The notes under the pieces are model-generated. The model had not been told where the DNA came from, searched no databases, and was given only the letters and a program-made list of their open reading frames with translations. 64,000 nucleotides of DNA, taken from positions 167,962 through 231,961 of the forward strand of contig JAVJSU010000038.1 of the NCBI GenBank assembly GCA_040219275.1. The letters run 5' to 3'. Positions 56,688-64,000 of the stretch are shown here, in pieces. The DNA is from Aggregatilineales bacterium (GTDB taxonomy: Bacteria; Chloroflexota; Anaerolineae; Aggregatilineales; Phototrophicaceae). The translations under genes and the position numbers were made by a program. Positions within the stretch are counted from its first letter, which is position 1. The number at the start of each line of letters is the position of its first letter.

Positions 56688-59621
56688 ATGACACTTTCAA
56701 CGCCTGTTGCGCTTGTATTTTTACTCGTCATTCCCTTCATCGCTTATCTTGGATGGCCCCGACAACGGTATCGCCGTGTGCGTGATTCACTGAGCCTTGC
56801 TTTGCGCGTCAGCATTATCACCTTGCTGGTGCTGGCTTTGGCAGGTGTGCAGATTGTGCAGTCGGCTAATCGACTTGCGGTGGTCTTTCTGGTAGATGTC
56901 TCTGATAGTATGGGCGCGGTCTCTCAGGAAGAGGCGCTCAATTTTGTACGCGATTCGCTGGATGGCATGGCGGTGGATGATGTTGCCGGCGTGATCTTAT
57001 TCGGCGCGGATGCACAGGTCGCGCGTTCGATCAGCAACACCCGTGAACTCGGTCAAATCCGCGTAGAACCGGCGACTAGTAACACCAACCTCGCAGAAGC
57101 GGTGCGCCTCGGTCTGGCGCTTTTCCCCGGTGATGCGGCACGGCGCATGGTTCTACTTAGCGATGGTCAGCCCACAATTGGCGATACACAGGCGGCGGCA
57201 CAACTCGCCCTCGCCGCCGGAGTGGAAGTGAGCTATGTGCCATTTTTTACCGGACGTGGACCGGAAGTGCAGGTGCAGGATTTCCACGCGCCAGCGGTCA
57301 TCGGCGAGAATCAGCTTTTTGATCTGACCGTGACCATCTCATCCGAGGTCGATGCTCCGGCGACGGTGACCGTACTCGCGGCGGGACAGGTGGTGCATAC
57401 CGAACCGATTGATCTACGCGAAGGCACGAACAATTACACCCTGACGTTGATGAGCGGTGAAGCGGGCTTCCGTGATTTTTTCGTGCGCGTGGAGCCAGAA
57501 GGCAACGATGGTTTTTATCAGAATAATAATCTGGGCGCGTTCACCCGTGTTGAGGGTGACCCGCGTGTATTACTCGTCGGGAAAGACGATGCAGAGATTG
57601 CCTATTTACTGCCCGCATTAGAGGAAAGCGGCTTAAATGTCGATTATCTGCCAGTGGATCGGATGCCGATTGGTGTCGCACCGCTGACACAATATGATAG
57701 TGTGATCCTCGCCAACCTCTCCGCGCTAGACCTCGGTCAAAGCCGGATGGAGGCGATTGAAACCTATGTCGGCGATTTGGGTGGCGGTCTGGTGGTGGTC
57801 GGTGGACCGTCTTCGTATGGACCCGGTGGCTACTTCCAGACTCCTATAGAAGATGCTCTGCCCGTAGAAATGCAAATCACCGATCAAGAGCGCCTACCCT
57901 CCTTGACGATTGCCTATCTGATTGATCGCTCCGGCAGTATGGGCGCGGTTAGCCCGCGTGGTATCCCCAATATTGAATTGGCGAAAGCGGCGATTATTCG
58001 CTCCATTGAATTTTTACAGGAGCGAGATCGGGCGGCAGTGGGTTCGTTTGATTTTGATGCCTATTGGGTGGCGGAATTTCAGAATGTGGATAATGCACAG
58101 GCGCTTGCCGGATTGGTCGCCACGCTTCGACCAAGTGGAGGCACGAATATCCGTTCGGGTATGCGCCTCGTGGCACGGGACATCGTGAATGAACCGTCCG
58201 ATTTACGCCACATTATTTTGCTCACCGATGGCGGTGCAGACTCCAATGGATTGGTCGAGATGGCCAGAGATTTGTATGACAATCAAAACGTCACCACCTC
58301 GGTCATCTCCATTGGTGTACAGGAAGCGCCGTTTCTGGCAGATATGGCAGAAGCCGGACAGGGCAATTATCATCATGTGATTGATGCGGATAACATCCCC
58401 GCGATTTTCACGCTGGAAACAGTCTTAGCCACCCGTTCCTATATTGTGGAAGACCCCTTCACGCCCATCGCCACGTCAATTAATGCCAGCACCTTGCATC
58501 CGATTATTCGCGGCATCAACGCCCTGCCGGAATTACAGGGCTATATCGCCACAACATCCCGCCCGACAGCGCAGACCATTCTACGTGGCTCTGAACCGTT
58601 TAACGATCCAATTCTGGCGGCATGGCAATATGGATTGGGGCGCAGTGTCGCCTTTACCAGTGATGCGACAGCACGCTGGGCATCCAACTGGGTAACGTGG
58701 GATGATTACGTAACCTTCTGGAATCAGACGATACGCTGGACGATGACCGAAGGCGTAAACACCAACCTTGAAACACAGATCATCATGGAAGACGAGCAAG
58801 CAAGAATCGTGGTGGATGCCCGTAATAGTGATGGCACGTTCTGGAATGGTTTAAATCTGGAAAGTCGCGTGGTGTATGATCCTGAACAACCTGCCACGCG
58901 GGTACAATTGCGGCAGGTCGCGCCGGGGCGTTACGAAGGCACGTTTATCCCCGGCGGCGAAGGCGCACATTTCATCCGCATCAATCAAGTGGGGGCGGAT
59001 GGGCAAGCAACGGCGGACGCTGACGATGCGCCGGTACTGAGCCAGACAACCGGCTGGGTCATGACGTATTCGCCGGAATATCAAATCCGCCAATCCAACG
59101 ATACCTTACTTGCGGAAGTCGCGGATTTAACGGGCGGGGTATCTCTCGCAGGCGTTCCCGATCAGGTGTTTACACACGACATTGACGCGGCAAGTGTGCG
59201 CTCACCTATCTGGCAATGGCTATTGTTGATCGCCATGCTCCTGTTGCCGTTTGATATTGCCGTGCGCCGTTTGATTATCACCCGGAGCGATTTACGACGC
59301 TTATCCGCTTACCTCAGTGCAAGATTTAGACCGGAAGCAAATGAAGAAGCCACCGCCCGTCGTATGTCTTCTTTAAGGCAAGCGCGAGATCGTGCGCGGG
59401 AAGGCATAGATGACAGGGTAATTCGACCTAATGAGTCCGTCACATCAGCCACCGAATCATCCTCGTCTAGCGACACACCCAAACCTGCTGAGGTGCTCAA
59501 ACCGCGCTATTCCCGCGCACCGTCAGCGGTTAGCAAGCCCAAAGCAGATACGGATGCAGCGGAGACGAATATCGGCTCACGTCTGCTCAAAAGACGGCAG
59601 AACCGCGAGAACGAGGAATAG
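56688..59621 (+). CDS. Large membrane-anchored VWA-domain protein (BatA/BatB-like; two VWA domains flanking a glutamine-amidotransferase-like domain; C-terminal TM helix).
   Basis: N-terminal double-TM region, VWA MIDAS motif VDVSDSMG, a second VWA motif IDRSGSMG, a C-terminal TM helix (WQWLLLIAMLLLPF), and a basic/acidic tail. Confidence 0.7.
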   Translation: MTLSTPVALVFLLVIPFIAYLGWPRQRYRRVRDSLSLALRVSIITLLVLALAGVQIVQSANRLAVVFLVDVSDSMGAVSQEEALNFVRDSLDGMAVDDVAGVILFGADAQVARSISNTRELGQIRVEPATSNTNLAEAVRLGLALFPGDAARRMVLLSDGQPTIGDTQAAAQLALAAGVEVSYVPFFTGRGPEVQVQDFHAPAVIGENQLFDLTVTISSEVDAPATVTVLAAGQVVHTEPIDLREGTNNYTLTLMSGEAGFRDFFVRVEPEGNDGFYQNNNLGAFTRVEGDPRVLLVGKDDAEIAYLLPALEESGLNVDYLPVDRMPIGVAPLTQYDSVILANLSALDLGQSRMEAIETYVGDLGGGLVVVGGPSSYGPGGYFQTPIEDALPVEMQITDQERLPSLTIAYLIDRSGSMGAVSPRGIPNIELAKAAIIRSIEFLQERDRAAVGSFDFDAYWVAEFQNVDNAQALAGLVATLRPSGGTNIRSGMRLVARDIVNEPSDLRHIILLTDGGADSNGLVEMARDLYDNQNVTTSVISIGVQEAPFLADMAEAGQGNYHHVIDADNIPAIFTLETVLATRSYIVEDPFTPIATSINASTLHPIIRGINALPELQGYIATTSRPTAQTILRGSEPFNDPILAAWQYGLGRSVAFTSDATARWASNWVTWDDYVTFWNQTIRWTMTEGVNTNLETQIIMEDEQARIVVDARNSDGTFWNGLNLESRVVYDPEQPATRVQLRQVAPGRYEGTFIPGGEGAHFIRINQVGADGQATADADDAPVLSQTTGWVMTYSPEYQIRQSNDTLLAEVADLTGGVSLAGVPDQVFTHDIDAASVRSPIWQWLLLIAMLLLPFDIAVRRLIITRSDLRRLSAYLSARFRPEANEEATARRMSSLRQARDRAREGIDDRVIRPNESVTSATESSSSSDTPKPAEVLKPRYSRAPSAVSKPKADTDAAETNIGSRLLKRRQNRENEE

Positions 59622-59684
59622 CGCAATCACCATATTCATGACTGCGCTATTCCTCAGTTTTAGTCCAGATAAGTTTAGTGTCTG

Positions 59685-60029
59685 TTAAATATCTTCACGC
59701 GGGAACGAAGTCACGGAGAAACGAACCGCGGTGCGTTCTTGCCCCTCGATATCAACGTCCACAAAAAATGGCTGAAAGTTGAGGTCTAGTGAATCGCGCT
59801 CAAGATAACCGCGTGCAATCGCCATTGCTTTAACTGCCTGGTTAACCGCACCTGCACCAATCGCTTGCACTTCCACCACGCCTGATTCCCGAATGACACC
59901 GGCAATCGCCCCGGCAACCGAGGTAGAACGCGAGCGTGCAGATACCTTTATCACATCTGAACCTGTGGTGATTTCATCATCATCATTAAAGGATGACGTT
60001 GTTGTTGTGTCATTATATTCTTCGAACAT
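59685..60029 (-). CDS. SpoVS-family protein (stage V sporulation protein S homolog) with an acidic N-terminal extension.
   Basis: Core IKVSARSRSTSVAGAIAGVIRESGVVEVQAIGAGAVNQAVKAMAIARGY...VDIEGQERTAVRF aligns with the SpoVS consensus (KVSA.S....AGA.AGV.RE.G..E.QAIGAGA.NQAVKA.AIARG). Confidence 0.75.
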   Translation of the reverse strand: MFEEYNDTTTTSSFNDDDEITTGSDVIKVSARSRSTSVAGAIAGVIRESGVVEVQAIGAGAVNQAVKAMAIARGYLERDSLDLNFQPFFVDVDIEGQERTAVRFSVTSFPREDI

Positions 60030-60249
60030 TTTCCTCGACCAATCACTATGTTGAGCTAGAACGTATACGCAATCTGAAGTCGTAAATTATGGCAGGTAAG
60101 TTGTTGAAAACATGCTTACAGAAAAAGTTACGACTTTAAGACCCTATTTAACATCGCAACACTAAGTATTAAATCAATGTATCCTTAGAAACAGTCAAGA
60201 ATTAGATGACGATTAGCCTACGGCGCTCAGTTCCATTACAAATCGACTA

Positions 60250-60480
60250 ACTTATCCCAAATCTTGCAAAAAGCCCGTATTCCTTGAAAAATTATCCCAA
60301 AATCGGCATAAGATTCATCGTATAACGTGAATCTTATTAGAGCTATTAAAATAAGGATAAAGTAAAGAAATAACCCATTTATCCCAACATATTGGGATAA
60401 ATAACCCAAATATTGGGATAAGTTGTGAAACTTTTCATTATGTTTTTATTAAGATTCCATGACGTATTTATCCCAACCTT
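60250..60480. promoter_or_regulatory. Chromosomal replication origin (oriC) region with a DnaA-box cluster upstream of dnaA.
   Basis: Six perfect 9-mers TTATCCCAA, in both orientations, at about 60252, 60292, 60379, 60394(rc), 60414(rc) and 60468. The region is AT-rich. Confidence 0.75.
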
Positions 60481-60743
60481 AAAATTTCCAGATTCGTGCT
60501 GAATCTAGTTGAGTGAATCCCTGCTCTGAGCTATACTGTATTTACCTACAGACAAAACACACCCATCACATTCAGGTGATCAAAAACCGCGTTGCGGGAT
60601 GTCGTATCCCCGATTTTGACGACTCTGTCGTCTACTGCCTGCACGCGGCGCAACAAAATAACACCTGACACAGCATTTTTATTAGCGAATACGGGGGCTT
60701 CAACGCCTGGCAGTTTCATATTGCCTAAAACTGTTAGCGTAGT

Positions 60744-62258
60744 TTGCCCGTTGCAAAGGTTATCGGACAGGATATTGTGAACGCTCAGGACGCTTGGAAC
60801 GCCGCATACGGACAACTCGAATTACAACTGGATCGTGCAAATTTCGATACATGGCTTCGTGACGCTTTTTTCATCTGTGAAGAAGAAAATGGTGTTTACG
60901 TAATCGGCGTTCGGAATAGTTATGCGCGGGATATGCTCCAGCATCGGCTATATCGCAATATTCGGCGTGTGCTGAGTGATGTGTGTGGAGTAGATGTCGA
61001 ATTGCGTTTTGAGGTGAATCGTCCGGTAGCGAAAGACTTGCCAGCGCATGAAAATGGCAACACGCCGAGCGCCAACAAACAGCCTGATCTATTCGTTGAT
61101 ACGCAGGATGATCGCCCACTGTTCAAGTTATTGGCACAGCGAAACGCCATCACCGAGACCGACAACACCCTGCCACCGCTGTATGAGCAAATCCGCCGTC
61201 CGGGATATGCAGAGTTGCCGGAAAATGATCTGAATCCCGATCATGTGTTTGATCGATTTGTCGTCAGTGGTTCCAACCAGATGGCATATGAAGCGGCACG
61301 CGCCGTCGCGGAAAATCCCGCCCGGATGTATAACCCGTTCATGATTTATGGTGGCGTGGGGCTGGGCAAAACCCATCTCGTTCATGCGATTGCCCATGTC
61401 TGCACCCGTCAAGGTTTACGCGCCGTCTTTATCCCGTCTGAAGTCTTCACCAATGACCTCGTAGACGCGATCCGCCATAAAACCACCGCGATGTTCCGCG
61501 AAAAATATCGCTCTGCGGATGTGTTACTGGTCGATGATATTCAATTTATCGCCGGTAAAGAGAGCACGCAGGAAGAATTTTTCCACACATTTAACGCGCT
61601 CCATACCTTCCAGAAGCAAATTGTGCTGGTATCTGACCGCCATCCACGCGAACTGAGCACGCTGGAAGATCGTCTGCGTTCCCGCTTTGAAAGTGGCTTG
61701 ATTGTCGATATTAAGCCGATGGAATATGAGGCACGCGTGGCTATATTACGCATGTGGGCGAAGGAGCGCAAAATTCGCGTTGATCCGGCTGTGATTGATA
61801 TGATCGCGCATTCTGCCAGCAATAATGTGCGCGGGCTACAGGGTGTATTTACGCAAATCGTCGCTAAAGCACACCTGACTGATCGCCCGATTACGGTGGA
61901 GAATGTGGGCAATTTGCTGGAACATTTTGAGCGCCCGCGTGAATACAGCAAAACGCCCGCAGATCAGGCAACACCTACGCAAATTATCGAAGCGGTAGCC
62001 GCACACTTCAACTTGAACCGTAAAGACCTTGAAGGCAAAAAACGTGCCACCCATATCAACAATGCGCGGCAAGTGGCGATGTATTTATTGCGCGAATTGA
62101 CCGATATTTCGCTCTCGCAAATCGGGGATTTCTTCGGCGGGCGCAGTCACACAACAGTGCTCCATGCCTGCAACAAGATCACCGAGTCGCTGGATAATGA
62201 CCCGAACATCCGTAGAACCCTGCAAGAAGTGCAAAATATGTTCGGCAACAAACGCTAA
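60744..62258 (+). CDS. dnaA: Chromosomal replication initiator protein DnaA. The true start may be slightly downstream (GTG at about 60777).
   Basis: Domain I (WNAAYGQLELQLDRANFDTWL), the AAA+ Walker A GGVGLGKTHL, Walker B LLVDDIQF, the sensor/arginine finger, and the domain-IV DNA-binding helix (ARQVAMYLLRELTDISLSQIGDFFGGRSHTTVLHA). Confidence 0.95.
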   Translation: MPVAKVIGQDIVNAQDAWNAAYGQLELQLDRANFDTWLRDAFFICEEENGVYVIGVRNSYARDMLQHRLYRNIRRVLSDVCGVDVELRFEVNRPVAKDLPAHENGNTPSANKQPDLFVDTQDDRPLFKLLAQRNAITETDNTLPPLYEQIRRPGYAELPENDLNPDHVFDRFVVSGSNQMAYEAARAVAENPARMYNPFMIYGGVGLGKTHLVHAIAHVCTRQGLRAVFIPSEVFTNDLVDAIRHKTTAMFREKYRSADVLLVDDIQFIAGKESTQEEFFHTFNALHTFQKQIVLVSDRHPRELSTLEDRLRSRFESGLIVDIKPMEYEARVAILRMWAKERKIRVDPAVIDMIAHSASNNVRGLQGVFTQIVAKAHLTDRPITVENVGNLLEHFERPREYSKTPADQATPTQIIEAVAAHFNLNRKDLEGKKRATHINNARQVAMYLLRELTDISLSQIGDFFGGRSHTTVLHACNKITESLDNDPNIRRTLQEVQNMFGNKR

Positions 62259-62321
62259 TCTGCATCTACCCGCCTGTGCTAAAATCATCTATGGACGACG
62301 AAAGGTCGTCATGATGAAATA

Positions 62322-63158
62322 ATGATGACAGGCGGTTTTATGGGCAAAAAGGCATTTTCACGGCGCGATTTTTTATTGCTGTTGGGCATTGGCGGGGCTG
62401 GCACGGCGGCGGCATGTGCCGGAGTTTCGCTCACCGCGCTCATCCTACTCAAGAATCGACCTCAAGACAGCACGCCCTCGCCCATCCGTATACAGATCAA
62501 TCAGACGCAAATTGATAGCCTGCGCCCACAAATTATTTCGCGTGCGGAATGGGGCGCACTCCAGCCGAATTTAAGCGCTCGCAATGAGCAGGATTATTAC
62601 AGTCTGAATAATCCTGAAGGCTGGCGCGTTTACAACGAAGACCTGACCGATGCCTACCAGACAGCTGTGATCCATCATTCGGTGCTATATGCCGACGATG
62701 ATCTTTCCAGCGTGCGTGAAGTTCAGATTTCACATCGGAACGAACGTGGCTGGGCGGATATTGGTTATCATTATCTGGTGGGCAAAGATGGCAGTCTCTA
62801 CGAAGGGCGCGATATTCATGTACGCGGAACCCATGTTGGCGGCTTCAATACCGGCAGTGTAGGCATTTGTTTGCTCGGTAATTTCGTCAACGATGCCCCG
62901 ACAGCCGCCCAAATTACCGCTACCTATAGTGTGCTGGCATGGCTCAGTGTACGGTTGCAACTCACTCATCTCGCCGGACACAATACATTCAACAATGAAA
63001 CGCAATGCCCCGGAACGAACCTCATCCCCTATTTACCGGATTTCGCCAGCGCAAATAGTCTGCAACTCGGCGCAGGCGGTTATATTCCCCCACCGGAGCA
63101 AGAGGTCACGCCGTCTGCCTATCGTGGCTGTGGTTGTGGCTGTTGTGTGGATGTTTAG
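62322..63158 (+). CDS. N-acetylmuramoyl-L-alanine amidase (Amidase_2 / PGRP fold) with a Tat-type signal and a Cys-rich C-terminal tail.
   Basis: A twin-arginine motif (SRRDFLLLLG) and the Amidase_2 core (AVIHHS...GWADIGYHYLVGKDGSLYEGR...GTHV...GNF...CPG). The C terminus is YRGCGCGCCVDV. Confidence 0.8.
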   Translation: MMTGGFMGKKAFSRRDFLLLLGIGGAGTAAACAGVSLTALILLKNRPQDSTPSPIRIQINQTQIDSLRPQIISRAEWGALQPNLSARNEQDYYSLNNPEGWRVYNEDLTDAYQTAVIHHSVLYADDDLSSVREVQISHRNERGWADIGYHYLVGKDGSLYEGRDIHVRGTHVGGFNTGSVGICLLGNFVNDAPTAAQITATYSVLAWLSVRLQLTHLAGHNTFNNETQCPGTNLIPYLPDFASANSLQLGAGGYIPPPEQEVTPSAYRGCGCGCCVDV

Positions 63159-63351
63159 CGCCAACCTCTAAAACTATATTTACGCCCTTATGATGCTCAA
63201 TTTGGAACGTTTTACATTGCCGATGGGTCTATTTAAGTAACAAGACGTTTCAAGATACAGGGTACCCTCCTGAACGCCTGAAAAGAACAGCATGTCGCTG
63301 TTCGTCGTACATGATTTTTGGACTGTCACACGACTTTCAGGAGAAATGATA

Positions 63352-64000
63352 ATGAAAAACTTCAAACGAGGATTCTGGTTCATCCTGCCGATTTTGGCGC
63401 TGATGATGGGCGTGTTTGTGCTTGCCCCCGCGCCGGCACAGGCACAAACGTATGATGTCTATATGGCGTATCAGACGTATGACAACGGGTTTATGATCTG
63501 GCGGAGTGATACCGGCGCGATCTATGCCTTTTATAACAACAGTGGCTTGCGTTATGTCGCTTTGCCAAGTTACGGCAACCTACCAGATAATCCGGTGCAG
63601 GACCCGACACCGCCCAATCATATCCGCCCGATTCGGGGATTCGGCAAAGTATGGGGCAATTTTGCGGATGTTCGCATCGCGCTCGGCTGGGCAACATCTT
63701 CCGAGCAAGGCTTTTCGTCGAATGTGTCGATTATTCCGGCGACCAATCAAACCACATTCACCTTACCGGACGGCGCACGCGTTCTGATTGGCAACGGAAG
63801 CTGGTCATTTACTACTGGCATCCCGCAACCACCACCACCGAATGCCACACCTACACTATTCCCGCCAACGCCACCACCACCGTATATAACGCCGACTTCA
63901 CCGACTTTCCCGCAACCGGAAACTGTTTTTATTGCATCCACCTATCAATATTTTGAGCGTGGCTTGATGATCTGGTGGAGCGATGGTGGGACGGTATGGG
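63352..64000 (+). CDS. Secreted Pro-rich repeat protein, 5' partial (continues beyond the window end).
   Basis: A signal peptide (MKNFKRGFWFILPILALMMGVFVLAPAPAQA) and an open frame to position 64000. Repeated module Y.TY(D/E).G(F/L)MIW.SD.G.(I/V)(Y/W) occurs at least twice. It is not in the ORF track because no stop falls inside the window. Confidence 0.6.
   Translation, partial: MKNFKRGFWFILPILALMMGVFVLAPAPAQAQTYDVYMAYQTYDNGFMIWRSDTGAIYAFYNNSGLRYVALPSYGNLPDNPVQDPTPPNHIRPIRGFGKVWGNFADVRIALGWATSSEQGFSSNVSIIPATNQTTFTLPDGARVLIGNGSWSFTTGIPQPPPPNATPTLFPPTPPPPYITPTSPTFPQPETVFIASTYQYFERGLMIWWSDGGTVW

Overview
This 64-kb chromosomal window is about 55% GC and spans the replication origin region (six TTATCCCAA DnaA boxes followed by dnaA). 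Gene content (LysW-carrier lysine pathway, SpoVS, Uma2 endonuclease, YfhO) suggests a Chloroflexota-like monoderm bacterium; this is inference only.

Main content:
- Two OmpR/histidine-kinase two-component pairs (291-2468; 45918-48291).
- A lipoprotein cytochrome c divergent from a VKOR-family gene (2588-3597).
- An IS110-family insertion sequence (5991-7257) inserted exactly into one copy of a dispersed AT-rich intergenic repeat. It has a roughly 235-bp 5' noncoding arm that is a bridge-RNA candidate.
- A 14-gene minus-strand operon (7286-18934) that looks like complete alpha-aminoadipate lysine biosynthesis via the LysW carrier protein. It encodes homocitrate synthase, homoaconitase large and small subunits, homoisocitrate dehydrogenase, and lysW-X-Y-Z-J-K, plus a P-loop NTPase and an enolase-superfamily gene. 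The 58-aa lysW gene is below the ORF-track cutoff and was found by hand.
- Upstream of lysW, two tandem mini-ORFs packed with lysine codons (MYDLNTTDSKKKCKKTCPNSRSG and MNINLFSKKAKKTKTT), each followed by a hairpin plus T-run. This is a candidate double leader-peptide attenuator.
- tmk, a rhomboid protease and an FmdB zinc-ribbon protein.
- A 1471-aa YfhO-like plus MOP-flippase fusion ORF (23117-27496). It carries two in-frame copies of a 45-bp GC-rich dispersed hairpin repeat, each translated as APPRPLWERGLGGEG.
- Three tandem paralogous secreted proteins with divergent N-terminal halves and a roughly 115-aa C-terminal domain that is about 90% identical at the nucleotide level. They sit directly upstream of an NfeD-flotillin pair.
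- An ECF sigma factor translationally coupled to two paralogous small cytoplasmic proteins (42248-43503).
- Miscellaneous genes: RIO kinase, GNATs, NAT, MFS transporters, a PMT-family glycosyltransferase, a large VWA protein, SpoVS, and a PGRP-type amidase.
- Two families of short dispersed repeats (GC-rich hairpins and AT-rich 'CTGCGTTATGTTTT' elements) occur in intergenic regions.

No tRNA, rRNA or CRISPR array was recognised.
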